From a virus (lineage: Duplodnaviria; Caudoviricetes): DNA of 64,000 bases. The position numbers and the translations under genes are program-made. The notes beneath the pieces are model-generated. The model did no database searches and had not been told where the DNA came from. It worked only from the letters and a program-made list of their open reading frames with translations. The stretch lies in the IMG/VR virus record IMGVR_UViG_3300020037_004820; one strand, 5' to 3'. Every line of letters starts with the position of its first letter. Position 1 is the first letter of the stretch. Below are positions 1 to 10,799 of the stretch, piece by piece.

Positions 1-1
1 T

Positions 2-3000
2 TTAGTTAAATCTAAAAATCTTTTACAAAAAGTATATGATAATATATCTAAAAAATTAAGTAAATCACAACAAACTAAAGTTGATAAACAAGCTTCATCT
101 ATTGTTCATACTGAACCTTCTCATAGAGGAGAATATACTCATTCAACTGAAACTGAAAAAGTTCCAGCGCCAGGAGATCTTTATGATCAAGAAGGCGCTA
201 TTGACCAAGATGTGACAAAAGTTTCAAAACTTGGAAAAGCTGTAAAAAATATTAATGCCCCTTTAGCAGATGCTGAAAATGCAAATCGTGCAAAAGTTGC
301 AGAAGATAATCGTCCAACAAATCCTTATGTTATATATAATAACAAATCTTCTACAGGTTTTTCTAGAGTTGTAGTTAGAGCAGATGGTACAGCAATTACT
401 CAAGATGTACCTCAAGCGGAATATTATGCAACAAGTCATATAGGAGTTCCTACCTTAGATGATAATAGACTTAATGAAGAACAAGAAAGAATTTCTGTTC
501 AAATAGAAAATTTGACAGCAGAAATAGCGGCTAAATCTCGTGAGAATGATGCTATATCTAAAATAGTTGATCCTAAAATTGATCAATATGTTTTACGTGT
601 ACTAAATGTTTCTAATGATGGGACATCTTCTTGGCCTAATGCACAAAGAAGACCTCCACAAGCTAATCCTGCTTCTTCCCCTTTATCATTATATAATCAA
701 GCTATTAAATCGAAAAATCTTGGAGAAGTAAAATCTAATTTTATGGCATTGGAACAAAACGTTGCTCCAATATTTGCTGATTATTTTGGTTTATCAGAGC
801 TTCATTTGGAAGGTATAGTTGATCAAACTACATCAGAGCCAAAGTTTCCTCAAATTCAATTAATGAATTTGATTATATCTAGAGTTATTCAAAAAATTCA
901 TTCGGAAGCTAAGAAAAGTGATTTAATCAAAAGAGAGTTATCTTTAATTTCTGCTGGTGAATCTACAAAGATAAATGATCCCGCAGCTTTCTATACAACT
1001 CCTGGTGGAGAATATAAAGAAAGACTTAATAGAACATTAAAATCTATATCAGAAAATGAAGTAATAGCTTTTCAAAAATTGTTTGCAGAAAACAAATATG
1101 CTGCAATTGGGCAAGCCTTTTCCAATGCAGAAAGACTTATGTATTCAACTATTCAGAAAAATGTGAATGCTATAAATGTCTTTTTAAACCAAAACAAAGG
1201 ATCTGTTTTAGCATATGCTAAATCTTTGCAAGAAAAGATAATAAGATATTCACAAGCTGCTCCTGTTAATCAATATGAAACAGAATATGAAGATATAGGA
1301 CTTACAGATGCTTTTGAAAGTCAATCTTCTTTGATTGGTAAAAAATGGAGAGAACGTTTCTCTAAGATACCCGCAGAAGCAAAACCTTTCTCAGAAATTT
1401 CTGCCTTTATAAAGTTAGTGGATTCTAAATTTTCTAATCAAGAAGCTATAGATCAAGAGAATTTTAAAGTTACAGCTCAAGAAATGTCTTCTACATTTTT
1501 TAATCCTGTTTTATTCTTTTTGAGTTTATTAGATAATCCAAATGTATTAAAAAATGATCAAATTGATGCAACTGAATTAGTACGATCAGATTGGGGCAAA
1601 AACCTTAGAGATTATATGGGAGCTCAAAAAATCTCCTATTCAACTCCTAGAGAAGATTTAGCAGTATTATTAGATATTAACAAATTTATGCGTGATGGTC
1701 TAAGTAAAGTAACTGTTGATAATCCTTCTAGTGAGTTAGGTCAAAGATTACAACAAGCTGGGGAATCTCAACCATCTCCCGTAAAAAATACTGCTGGTTT
1801 ACAACTCATGTCTGGAGACAGAGATGTTCTTGTTAATACAAGAGATTTCATTAATAAACTTAAAACAGAATTACCAACGAGTTATTCTGCTTTGATATTC
1901 TCTGAATTAGGAAGGTTGCGTAAAGAAATATTAGCTAAGAAAGCATCTAAAGAATTTGAAGCAGCAGCTCAAATATTCAATGGTCCATATTCTAAAGCTA
2001 AAGAAGATGTAATTGCCATACTTTCTCCTATATTAAGAGAATTCTTATTTGAAAGATATGCACAAGATACTAGACTTATTGAAACTGAACATTTGTTTTA
2101 TGCAATGCTTCGTGAATTCAATAAATTAGTGGAAAATTATGATCCCGACTCTGGACAAGATATTGAAACTTATCTTTTGTCTGGATTGAAAGATTTTAAT
2201 CGTTCTAAAGTAGTAAGGGCTATGCATGGTGGATCAGATCGTTTGTGGTATATCCCCCAAGATAATGAATCTATTATGGATATTATTCATGCTATATTGG
2301 ATGCTGCTGAAATCAAAGAAATGCATAAGAAAGAATCTTTTCATAGTGTAAGAGAAATTGCATTAAAACCTCCAGAGCCAGAATTTAACTCTAATAGTGC
2401 TTCTTTAGTTAAGAAACGTTATTTAGAAAAACAAGCTTATGAGGCAGAAAAAGCTCGTTCTATAAAAAGAGTAGATAAAAGAACAGGTAGAGAAATTTAT
2501 GAAGTTTTAGATGTTGCAGACAAAGATGTAACATATTATACAATTGAACCTAAAGAATCTATAGTTAGAGATCCTGAACAAGCTGCGCAACTTATAGCTA
2601 AGTTATGGAGCAGTTTGGAAAAAGTATTTTGGAAAAAATTAGAACGTATTGGATTTTCTCCTAAAGTTGTATCTTCGTTAGAAGGTGAAGATAAGATGAG
2701 CACGCCTAGCGATGAAATTCATTCCAGAGCCTCGGCATTCTATTTCCATCAAATAGAGACGGCTTTAGGGTCCAAGACAGCAGGCGGTAAAGGTAAAAAG
2801 GGTAAAAAGGTCCTAGAGCCTATTGCATCCGACGATAAGGATAAACAAAATCAGCATAGAGCTATACCTGCTCAAGAAGCTCAATTGGTTGAAAAAGATA
2901 ACCAAATTATGGAATTGCTATCTATGGCAGGTCTATTATTTGATTCAATCAATATAGACGAAACTGAATTTATGAGCAGAGTTGGTCAAAACATATTTGC

Positions 3001-6000
3001 GCAATTAGATACTTCTGCAAATATAACAGGTTTGATCAAATCAATTGTAGCATCTATGTTCAGAAAAGATTGGGGAACTGTACACTCTCTATTATTTAAA
3101 CCTATTGGTAAAGATGCTAAAAGCGAAGGTCCATGGATAAATGCTAAGCAAATTTCTCCTGAAGAAAGAGCAGATGTAAAGCCACCATTAATGGTTGTAT
3201 TAGGTACTATATTAGCCACTTGTATTGATTTAATCCATACTAGTGCTCAAGCTTTTAAAGAAGGACAAGGTAAAAAACTGAGTCAATCTGGAATATTTGA
3301 AAAATTAGGTGTAGAAGAATTGTACTCAGGATATTCTAGAGTATTAGATTCTTTGAAGGAATTATTAAATTGTGCATTCTTACATAGAATTGGACAAGTT
3401 CAACCAATGAGAGGTATTCCAAAAGGAAGAGGTGTAACCGCTAAAGGAAGATGGGGAGTGATCGGTTTCAATGCTGATCAAACTACTTCAATTAGACACC
3501 CCTTTACTGTTCGTGGAAAATGGGCAAAAATGGCTAAAGGTTTAGGGCACGAGTTTGCTCAAAATCAAGATCCAACTTCTGATACAAGACAACAAGCGAT
3601 GTTAGCTGCACAAAATGCACAAAATCGTTTCATGTATAAATTACAACAACATTATAAAGGAGAAGGTGACCCAGTTAATACAACTAATGTATTGAGAACA
3701 TTAGGAAATTCTATAGAAGGAGAAATTGGTGGAGCATTTAAAGATTTATATCGTTCAAGAAGATTTGCAGGGTCTTCTTGGAAAAATAGAGATTTAGACC
3801 AATATCATTATAAGATCATAAAGCAGTTGAAATCAGATATAGAACAATTAGGTTATAGACCTGATCGTCCTGAATGGTTTGTTCAAAATGAAAACTTACA
3901 AGCTAGAGCTGTGGATATAGTATCTGAGGATATCAAAAAACAATTTTTACAAGGAATTGAAACAGGTAAAACACTTGCGGGTCCAGGTGAAAAAGAAGAT
4001 GCAACTTCGGGCGTAACTGGTCCATCTAATCCATTACATAGAAGTGGTAAAAATCCTTCATCTAGATTATTAGGAGATGTTGCACCGGATTCTAAATTGA
4101 ATCCTAAGCATGATATAGCTTCTAATCAATTTGACTATGAAGCTCCAGTTGAATTAGATATAGATCCTGGTTTTGCAGGAAACACCGCAGTGGATAAATT
4201 GACTGCGGATCAAAAGAAAGCAGATGCTGAAAAACGTCTACAACAATTTATAGAACTTTATCCGCAATTCTTAGAAGAAAAGGCTATGATAAACGTTTCT
4301 ATGTTTGAACCAAAAACTGAGAATCAAACATTAGAAGAAACATTAGAAGGAGCAGCAGCTTCTGATGATGTTAATACATTAAATGTAGCAGTTCATGAAT
4401 TTGATAATGTTTTAGATGATTGTTTTGCAAGAATAAGTCAAAAAGTTGATAAATATAACGACAATAAATTCATTAAATCATATAAGAATTTAGATGAAAC
4501 AGAAACAAAACTTATAAATCAAGATTTAGATAATCTTGATTGGCAAATTACTCAAACTCCTCTTGAATCTAAAAGACATTTTAAAGCTGCTTTATCTTTG
4601 CGACCTGATTCGGACAGAGAACGTGATAAAGCATTTAGAGATATTCTATTTATGAAATATTTTGAATATGTTTACATAAGAGAAGTTTTGCTAAGTGAAA
4701 CTATCATGTATTTGATGAATATAGAAAATAGTAGAAAAGGACCTTCGGAGAAGAAAATAGAATCTATTGCCGAATATATTCAACAATCTAATTTAAATAT
4801 TAGACATATACCTGGAGTAGAATATAAATTCTATAGAACAGATGACGTTGCACATCGAATAAAGATGTCAGATATGCTTAAAGCTATATTTGGAGATGTG
4901 GAAAAAGTTCCACAATTCTTAGCAATTGCTGAAGATATTAAAGAATACATTGGGGGAGCTACGGACCAAGCGGGAGATACTAAAGAAGATAAAGCAGATA
5001 AAGATAGTGCTCAAACTTATGGTATGTCTTCTAAATCAACTGCGCAAACCGATGTTCATGGTGTAGAAGCAACTAAACAAGGAAAACAAGAAAAAACTAG
5101 AGTTAGTGCAATAGATAAACAAATGTTTAATACATTGAATATACAAAATGTATCTAAAATAATGTCTAAAGTTCTTATGTCTGATGCAGAACCAAATTAT
5201 GAAGGAGATGTATCTTATGATAAAGTAAGAAGCTACATTAGATCATTAGTTCAAACATATAATGAACCTATTACCACTAATTCTGCTACAGATAGAATTG
5301 TATGGTTTATATCTCATATAAAAGATAACGTCATAAGAATTAGAAACTTTTTACAATCAGCAGCAAATGCTCAAGCTCTTGTAAAGATGTCTCCGTTTGA
5401 TAGAAAAGAAATATTTGGAGCAATAGATAATGTTCTACGTTTCTCGACATATCAGGCAAGAAATGTTCTGAATCTTAAAAAATCAGTTTATAAGTTGATT
5501 CAATTAATGTATAATGCTCCAATTGGAGAAGAAGTTGATTATGATACATTTGATGTTTCATCTGCATCTGATAAGCTAAAAGAAGTTACTAAAGCAGTTC
5601 AAATAGCAACAAAAACTCCTTATGAATCTTTTGTACCACCATATACAAAAGAATTAGCAACTTCTCTTCAATCATTTGGTAAAATGATTCAAAGTGGAGC
5701 AATAGAAGCACCTGATAAAACTGCTGCATATTTGACAGATAAAGGCGGATTGATACTCACTATTATGTCTTATTTGAAGACAAATGGGAAAAAACCTGTT
5801 GATGTTTCTGTATTTGATAATCTATCTAATTCTCTTGATCAATTATTAGATCAAATAAAGACATTAGCTAAATTGAATGCAGAACCTAAAGCACGTTATA
5901 AAGATCCAAATGCAGGAAAAGTATTACCTCAAGATAAAGCAACATCTGCTTCTTCGGGAAAATTAGGAAGAGCAACTCCTAATCAAAATATTAGTCCAGA

Positions 6001-6361
6001 AGATCAAGAAATAGTTAAAAAACTTCAAGCTAAAAAATCCGTAACTAAAGAAAGTAGAGATTTTGAACCTTTTAAAGAAGCTATTGCTGTAGAAAAAATC
6101 TTAAAATGCATCAAGATGCAAAGTGGCGGGATACAAAGAGTAAGATATTCAGAATATAGCAAAGCTAATCCTGGTAAATTGTCTAGAGTTTTATATGAAT
6201 TATCTAAACAAACTCCAATTGATTTGGATAATTATAGAGTATTCTTGACCGAAGAAAATAAGTCTAAAGTAAATATAGTATTTGAATATAAGAATGAGAA
6301 TAGAGGATTATCTCCAGAATATATATGGATTGTTCCAAAAAGTTCTAATTCTTCTAATTAA
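2..6361 (+). CDS. Very large phage protein (>2100 aa), 5'-truncated by window edge; possibly virion/internal protein
   Basis: Frame is open from position 2 through the ORF-track start at 212 to the stop at 6361; no recognisable catalytic motif. Confidence 0.85.
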   Translation, partial: LVKSKNLLQKVYDNISKKLSKSQQTKVDKQASSIVHTEPSHRGEYTHSTETEKVPAPGDLYDQEGAIDQDVTKVSKLGKAVKNINAPLADAENANRAKVAEDNRPTNPYVIYNNKSSTGFSRVVVRADGTAITQDVPQAEYYATSHIGVPTLDDNRLNEEQERISVQIENLTAEIAAKSRENDAISKIVDPKIDQYVLRVLNVSNDGTSSWPNAQRRPPQANPASSPLSLYNQAIKSKNLGEVKSNFMALEQNVAPIFADYFGLSELHLEGIVDQTTSEPKFPQIQLMNLIISRVIQKIHSEAKKSDLIKRELSLISAGESTKINDPAAFYTTPGGEYKERLNRTLKSISENEVIAFQKLFAENKYAAIGQAFSNAERLMYSTIQKNVNAINVFLNQNKGSVLAYAKSLQEKIIRYSQAAPVNQYETEYEDIGLTDAFESQSSLIGKKWRERFSKIPAEAKPFSEISAFIKLVDSKFSNQEAIDQENFKVTAQEMSSTFFNPVLFFLSLLDNPNVLKNDQIDATELVRSDWGKNLRDYMGAQKISYSTPREDLAVLLDINKFMRDGLSKVTVDNPSSELGQRLQQAGESQPSPVKNTAGLQLMSGDRDVLVNTRDFINKLKTELPTSYSALIFSELGRLRKEILAKKASKEFEAAAQIFNGPYSKAKEDVIAILSPILREFLFERYAQDTRLIETEHLFYAMLREFNKLVENYDPDSGQDIETYLLSGLKDFNRSKVVRAMHGGSDRLWYIPQDNESIMDIIHAILDAAEIKEMHKKESFHSVREIALKPPEPEFNSNSASLVKKRYLEKQAYEAEKARSIKRVDKRTGREIYEVLDVADKDVTYYTIEPKESIVRDPEQAAQLIAKLWSSLEKVFWKKLERIGFSPKVVSSLEGEDKMSTPSDEIHSRASAFYFHQIETALGSKTAGGKGKKGKKVLEPIASDDKDKQNQHRAIPAQEAQLVEKDNQIMELLSMAGLLFDSINIDETEFMSRVGQNIFAQLDTSANITGLIKSIVASMFRKDWGTVHSLLFKPIGKDAKSEGPWINAKQISPEERADVKPPLMVVLGTILATCIDLIHTSAQAFKEGQGKKLSQSGIFEKLGVEELYSGYSRVLDSLKELLNCAFLHRIGQVQPMRGIPKGRGVTAKGRWGVIGFNADQTTSIRHPFTVRGKWAKMAKGLGHEFAQNQDPTSDTRQQAMLAAQNAQNRFMYKLQQHYKGEGDPVNTTNVLRTLGNSIEGEIGGAFKDLYRSRRFAGSSWKNRDLDQYHYKIIKQLKSDIEQLGYRPDRPEWFVQNENLQARAVDIVSEDIKKQFLQGIETGKTLAGPGEKEDATSGVTGPSNPLHRSGKNPSSRLLGDVAPDSKLNPKHDIASNQFDYEAPVELDIDPGFAGNTAVDKLTADQKKADAEKRLQQFIELYPQFLEEKAMINVSMFEPKTENQTLEETLEGAAASDDVNTLNVAVHEFDNVLDDCFARISQKVDKYNDNKFIKSYKNLDETETKLINQDLDNLDWQITQTPLESKRHFKAALSLRPDSDRERDKAFRDILFMKYFEYVYIREVLLSETIMYLMNIENSRKGPSEKKIESIAEYIQQSNLNIRHIPGVEYKFYRTDDVAHRIKMSDMLKAIFGDVEKVPQFLAIAEDIKEYIGGATDQAGDTKEDKADKDSAQTYGMSSKSTAQTDVHGVEATKQGKQEKTRVSAIDKQMFNTLNIQNVSKIMSKVLMSDAEPNYEGDVSYDKVRSYIRSLVQTYNEPITTNSATDRIVWFISHIKDNVIRIRNFLQSAANAQALVKMSPFDRKEIFGAIDNVLRFSTYQARNVLNLKKSVYKLIQLMYNAPIGEEVDYDTFDVSSASDKLKEVTKAVQIATKTPYESFVPPYTKELATSLQSFGKMIQSGAIEAPDKTAAYLTDKGGLILTIMSYLKTNGKKPVDVSVFDNLSNSLDQLLDQIKTLAKLNAEPKARYKDPNAGKVLPQDKATSASSGKLGRATPNQNISPEDQEIVKKLQAKKSVTKESRDFEPFKEAIAVEKILKCIKMQSGGIQRVRYSEYSKANPGKLSRVLYELSKQTPIDLDNYRVFLTEENKSKVNIVFEYKNENRGLSPEYIWIVPKSSNSSN

Positions 6362-6375
6362 GGAGAGGAAATAAT

Positions 6376-6858
6376 ATGTCATTAATAAATCAAAGACCCG
6401 GATTAGGAAGTGCTGCATCTTTTCAAGTTTCTGGGTGGCCTTTTGTAACAGGTTCTATCATATCATCATCTGTAGGATTTGTAAAAGTTGTGTTACCTGC
6501 ATTGGCTAAATCTGTTACTGTCTTTAATAGAGATGCGAATGATATATGGCCTTATAATTTAACAGGATCTACCACATTGCTTGTTTTCTTTGGACAAGAT
6601 TTGACAAGTTCTTATCCTGGTCCACAAACTATATATAATCATGCTATTTCTATTCCCCCATCTGGATCAGCTACCTTTAATGTAAAATGTAGTCAGTTCT
6701 TTGTTGGTAAAAAGAATGCATCTATGTTTGGAGCATTTCAAGCAATTGCTGAAATTACTAATATAGATACTGTAGATATGTATGCTCCAGGTTTAGCTGC
6801 TACTTCTGGAACAAGAGATAGTGTATTAACGGGTTCTGGAATAGATAGTGCAATCTAA
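6376..6858 (+). CDS. Hypothetical, likely virion-associated beta-rich protein
   Basis: 160 aa, Ser/Gly/Thr-rich; SD AGGAGAGG upstream. Confidence 0.7.
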   Translation: MSLINQRPGLGSAASFQVSGWPFVTGSIISSSVGFVKVVLPALAKSVTVFNRDANDIWPYNLTGSTTLLVFFGQDLTSSYPGPQTIYNHAISIPPSGSATFNVKCSQFFVGKKNASMFGAFQAIAEITNIDTVDMYAPGLAATSGTRDSVLTGSGIDSAI

Positions 6859-6875
6859 TATATAATCTCAATAAG

Positions 6876-6938
6876 GGCTCGGTCAAGCATGGCATGGTCA
6901 TTGCATGGCCTTGACAAGCGCTTGACCGAGCCTATCCT
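6876..6938 (+). promoter_or_regulatory. Composite promoter island: sigma54-type site plus TTGACA-N16-TATCCT, with 13-bp inverted repeat
   Basis: TGGCATGGTCATTGCA 6890-6905; TTGACA 6911; TATCCT 6933; GGCTCGGTCAAGC/GCTTGACCGAGCC; near-copy at 9871. Confidence 0.65.
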
Positions 6939-6978
6939 TCATATAGCGTGGCAAACCATCTGTTTCGGAGGAAACTCT

Positions 6979-7191
6979 ATGTCAGACAAGACTCATTATT
7001 ATGAAGTTCGAAAGAATGGGTCATGGACCTTTGGTTTTCTAAAGGCTTCTACTGATTCTGAGGCAATCGAACGACTTGCTCAGGATGAAGTAGGTTTTTT
7101 GCAAAGGTTGGACAATGAAGTCACCCTTATTGATAAAGGCGAAACGGAATGGGCAACCCGTGATTCGGAGGATAAAGATGTCTCAAACTGA
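6979..7191 (+). CDS. Hypothetical protein
   Basis: ATG after GGAGG SD, downstream of promoter island. Confidence 0.7.
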   Translation: MSDKTHYYEVRKNGSWTFGFLKASTDSEAIERLAQDEVGFLQRLDNEVTLIDKGETEWATRDSEDKDVSN

Positions 7192-7336
7192 AAAGGTTTT
7201 TGGCATTCCAAGTTCTAAAGCGGTTGTAGTGAAAAAAGATCAAAAAGGTGATCCAGTTATTATCCGATATGGAGATCCAGATTTTCCAGCTACTGAGCCC
7301 AATCCTTGGCATCCTAAAAAGAAGGATAACATATGA
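7178..7336 (+). CDS. Small hypothetical protein
   Basis: GGAGG SD; overlaps neighbours. Confidence 0.6.
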   Translation: MSQTEKVFGIPSSKAVVVKKDQKGDPVIIRYGDPDFPATEPNPWHPKKKDNI

Positions 7337-7632
7337 GTCAGAAAAATATGTGTCAATTGAGAAAGTTTCCAATTGGAGCTACGTTTCAAGCTCTAAACAT
7401 GGACGATGAATTTACAGTTTTTCATGTAGCAAAATCTGGAAAGTTTAGAACTGATGGACTTATAGAGTGTAAATCTGTTGTTCGCTATAACGTCTTCTCC
7501 AAAGAATGGAACGAATGCACAAGTTACACAACTTATATACATCCTACTACAGAAGTCGAAGTAGTAGAAGTAATTATTACTAAGATCAAAGTTGTTCCTG
7601 CTAACACTTTTTGCGCGGTTAACTCACAATGA
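7333..7632 (+). CDS. Hypothetical protein
   Basis: ORF in coupled run. Confidence 0.7.
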   Translation: MSQKNMCQLRKFPIGATFQALNMDDEFTVFHVAKSGKFRTDGLIECKSVVRYNVFSKEWNECTSYTTYIHPTTEVEVVEVIITKIKVVPANTFCAVNSQ

Positions 7633-7847
7633 CCAAGAAAGAATTGATCGAAGCTCTTTCAAATTTTTCTGATGATACTATTATTGTTGTTCCTAACAAT
7701 TATAATGATGGAATGGACGGTGTAAAATGTCTTTTAAAAGCCTTTGTAAAAGAAGTAAAGTATAAAACAGAATATATGGGTCACTATGAAGAAGTATTAG
7801 ATGGACAATTGGTTTGTTTTATCTCTCCAGAATATGAGGTAGGATAA
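7629..7847 (+). CDS. Hypothetical protein
   Basis: ATGA overlap; MTKKELIEAL N-terminus common in small phage proteins. Confidence 0.7.
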   Translation: MTKKELIEALSNFSDDTIIVVPNNYNDGMDGVKCLLKAFVKEVKYKTEYMGHYEEVLDGQLVCFISPEYEVG

Positions 7848-8092
7848 TGCAATTAGTCAAAGGCGATTTGATTAGACTTATTGGTCCTATTAGTTTATAT
7901 TTAGGAGAAGTTGCTTATTTTGAAGAATTTTGGGATCGACGGACTACGAGCGGGCGCTCTACGCGTGCTCTCCTTAAGAAAGGATGCAATATTTCACTTT
8001 ATAAAGGACCAGTTGATTTATCACGAAAACCTGAAAAAGCAGATATGTTTGTATTTTATCATGAATATTTCCCAATTGGGAGTAAAGAATGA
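7847..8092 (+). CDS. Hypothetical protein
   Basis: TAATG coupling, SD. Confidence 0.6.
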   Translation: MQLVKGDLIRLIGPISLYLGEVAYFEEFWDRRTTSGRSTRALLKKGCNISLYKGPVDLSRKPEKADMFVFYHEYFPIGSKE

Positions 8093-8703
8093 AACTTCTA
8101 GGAAGAATTCCCAATAAAGTTGCAATTGCATTTTCTGGGGGAATTGATTCTGTTGTTGTTGCGCATTTTTTGATGCAATCTAAACGGGAAGTTAGTCTTT
8201 TGTACTTTAACCATGGCACTGATCATGGTAATGATGCAGAAGAATTCGTTTTCAAGTTTGCAGAAGATAATCAAGTAGGCTTGTTGTCGTTTAATATTTC
8301 AAATTATCCTCCAAGACCTGATGATTCTTCTCCTGAAGAATGGTGGCGACTCTGTAGATATGATTTTTTGGAAGGACATATCGATCCAATTATTACTTGT
8401 CATCACTTGGATGACCAAGTTGAAACATGGTTGTTTTCTGCTATGCACAATTATCCTAAACTTATTCCTTATCGCAGAAACAACATCATTCGACCATTTC
8501 TTCTGACAAAGAAATCTGAAATCCATGCATATGCAGCAAAACATAAGCTGTCATGGATTCAAGATGAATCAAATTCCGATGTGAACTATCCTAGAAATAG
8601 GATTAGACACAATATAGTCCCCGAAGCGTTGAAGATCAATCCTGGTCTTCATAAAGTAATTGCTCGTAAAGTAGAAGAGGAATACAATGTCAAAGAAATC
8701 TAA
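8089..8703 (+). CDS. tilS: tRNA(Ile)-lysidine synthase, catalytic PP-loop domain only
   Basis: AFSGGIDS PP-loop, FNHG, HHLDDQVET, IIRPFL, DESN...RNRIRH motifs. Confidence 0.92.
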   Translation: MKLLGRIPNKVAIAFSGGIDSVVVAHFLMQSKREVSLLYFNHGTDHGNDAEEFVFKFAEDNQVGLLSFNISNYPPRPDDSSPEEWWRLCRYDFLEGHIDPIITCHHLDDQVETWLFSAMHNYPKLIPYRRNNIIRPFLLTKKSEIHAYAAKHKLSWIQDESNSDVNYPRNRIRHNIVPEALKINPGLHKVIARKVEEEYNVKEI

Positions 8704-8980
8704 GAAAGCCGCCAGTGAAATGAAGCGTCGCAAGAAGGCTTCGGAAAAGTCTGCGCAGCGCGCCAAGTACGAATCGTATAGAGATTCAGGAAAGAACTCA
8801 AAGTCTAAGCGTTTTCTGAGCAAGGTTAAAGATTATAGCAAGATGAGAGCACATACTCATCCTCATGGACATTGTGGAAACATTGGTTGTAAAAAGTGTA
8901 ATCCGAAGTATAATATTCCAGAACTTCTGGCTACTGTAAAGGGATGGGATAATATCAACTATGCACACTTTGATTGTTAA
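8687..8980 (+). CDS. Small, very basic protein with His/Cys metal-binding cluster
   Basis: K/R-rich N-terminus; HPHGHCGNIGCKKC. Confidence 0.7.
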   Translation: MSKKSKKAASEMKRRKKASEKSAQRAKYESYRDSGKNSKSKRFLSKVKDYSKMRAHTHPHGHCGNIGCKKCNPKYNIPELLATVKGWDNINYAHFDC

Positions 8981-9173
8981 TCAGGTAATTGATAATTACA
9001 CTTCTTATCAAAGAAAGAGCAAAAGGGTTTCTGATCTTCATAAAGAATTATCAGGTACTTGTATTCTTCAACGGTTTATAGAAGCTCAAAATGAATATAC
9101 GATAGCTGCGAAAGAAAAAGAAGAAGCTCTAGCCACGCTGTTATGTTCAATAGAACAGCTTAAGTCAATTTAA
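8961..9173 (+). CDS. Hypothetical protein
   Basis: ORF in run. Confidence 0.55.
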   Translation: MHTLIVNQVIDNYTSYQRKSKRVSDLHKELSGTCILQRFIEAQNEYTIAAKEKEEALATLLCSIEQLKSI

Positions 9174-9242
9174 TGAAGATTAGATCTAAATCTTTTATGC
9201 GTCAAATACTGCAATCTGCCAATTTCGGAAGGATGTGTAACT

Positions 9243-9509
9243 ATGTTCTCTCTGCTTAAGAGAATGTTCCTTTGGGGATTCGATACTCGGGGACATTACT
9301 ATGTCCTTAATTTAGGAATGTGTGCAATTGCTGTCGTTGTTTCGGCAATATTCTTGCCACAATATTTTCAAGATGCTATTAAGCAAGGTAGCGGTTTAAT
9401 GTACTTTATGATGTATATAGATGGTTATATCTATGTAGATAATTTGTATGAACTATATCTGTTCAATAAACAATGGAAAAATCGTGAAAATCAGAGAATT
9501 AATTACTGA
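9243..9509 (+). CDS. Hypothetical membrane protein
   Basis: Hydrophobic segment LGMCAIAVVVSAIFL. Confidence 0.55.
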   Translation: MFSLLKRMFLWGFDTRGHYYVLNLGMCAIAVVVSAIFLPQYFQDAIKQGSGLMYFMMYIDGYIYVDNLYELYLFNKQWKNRENQRINY

Positions 9510-9870
9510 AACCTTGGCAAAGAAAGATATCCATTGGACTTCAATTCATAAATTTTTAGAAGAATTTGGTCAATATAGTTATCCATCTATTGATCAACAT
9601 GAAGATTTAAAGTGTTATGCTATTCATACTTGGGTGTGTACAGATACTTTAGTAGGATACTTTTTATATACGTTCAAAGATGAACCTTGTTGCATTACAT
9701 CGCAAACAGGTAGAAAAAATGATGTTTATTTTCATTGGATCTCAGAAGAGAAATATTTTGAAGTTTTGAAGTTTTGTCTACAATTTGTGCAACCTGAAAA
9801 GCCTTTTATATCAACTTTTGATCTAGATGCAGAAGATGAAACATTAGTAGACAAATATTATTTGCGCTAA
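9448..9870 (+). CDS. Hypothetical protein
   Basis: ORF with WVCTDTLVG segment; true start may be internal. Confidence 0.65.
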   Translation: MNYICSINNGKIVKIRELITETLAKKDIHWTSIHKFLEEFGQYSYPSIDQHEDLKCYAIHTWVCTDTLVGYFLYTFKDEPCCITSQTGRKNDVYFHWISEEKYFEVLKFCLQFVQPEKPFISTFDLDAEDETLVDKYYLR

Positions 9871-9922
9871 GCATGGCACGGTCATTGCATGGCCTTGACC
9901 CATGCCATGCCGTGCATACGCT
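9871..9922 (+). promoter_or_regulatory. Composite promoter island upstream of sigma gene: sigma54 consensus site plus TTGACC-N16-TACGCT
   Basis: TGGCACGGTCATTGCA 9874-9889 matches TGGCACGN4TTGCW; TTGACC 9895; TACGCT 9917. Confidence 0.65.
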
Positions 9923-9965
9923 TGCTATAGCGTGATAAGTGGCTTTGTCAACATAAAGGAACCAC

Positions 9966-10799
9966 ATGGACAATTCAGAGCTTAATGCATTTGTTGTTGA
10001 GATTCAATCTGAATTTCAAGAGACGAAAATCTTCAATAAACAGAAGATGGAAACTCTTTGGAAGGAATTCAAGCCGCTCATCGATAAGCTTTCGTACCAT
10101 AAGTCTGTTAAGACTGGTGGGCAGCATAAGAATGATCTTGTGCAGGTTTGTTATTTGGGTCTTTGTGATGCGGTACGAAAGTATCAAATTGCCAAGATTG
10201 ATTTTAAGAAGTATGCAGTGATTTGGTTCATGGCATATATTCGTCTGGAAAACATTCGAAATGTTTCTATTTTTCGATATTCATCGAGAATGGATCGTAA
10301 ACTCTTTGGAAAGGTATCTCAGGTATCAAACCTTCCTTTGGATGAGCAAGCTGTTATTCTCGGAGTTTCCACAGAAGATTTGGCGGCTTTCCTGCTGTCA
10401 ACTAAGGTAACGAAATCTATTCTTAAGAAGCGATCTGAAGATTCCGATCTGGAAGAAGAAGAATTCATTACGTCGGATTATCCTCAACCAGATTTTCTCT
10501 TTGATGTCAAGGTTATTTATGAGGCTTCGAAAGAAGTATTTGATGATTTTGCAGAATCGTTGGAGACTGATAGAGAGAAAGCAGTTTTGGAACTTCTTCG
10601 TCGTGTTGGTCCTCCTTCGAAGGGAAATTTCAAGGAAGATCCGACTGATACTCTTCCTCAAACCTATCAAGATTTGGCGGATATTTACGGGGTTTCTCGT
10701 GAACGTATTCGTCAGATATCCAAGATGTTGACGGATAAACTTCGTTATCGCTTGGAAAAGAATGGTGTTAGTGCGAGTGCTTATCATGCCTTTATCTAA
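9966..10799 (+). CDS. Sigma70-family RNA polymerase sigma factor (RpoH/RpoD-like)
   Basis: Region 2-like DLVQVCYLGLCDAVRKY..FKKYAVIW; region 4.2 HTH TYQDLADIYGVSRERIRQI. Confidence 0.9.
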   Translation: MDNSELNAFVVEIQSEFQETKIFNKQKMETLWKEFKPLIDKLSYHKSVKTGGQHKNDLVQVCYLGLCDAVRKYQIAKIDFKKYAVIWFMAYIRLENIRNVSIFRYSSRMDRKLFGKVSQVSNLPLDEQAVILGVSTEDLAAFLLSTKVTKSILKKRSEDSDLEEEEFITSDYPQPDFLFDVKVIYEASKEVFDDFAESLETDREKAVLELLRRVGPPSKGNFKEDPTDTLPQTYQDLADIYGVSRERIRQISKMLTDKLRYRLEKNGVSASAYHAFI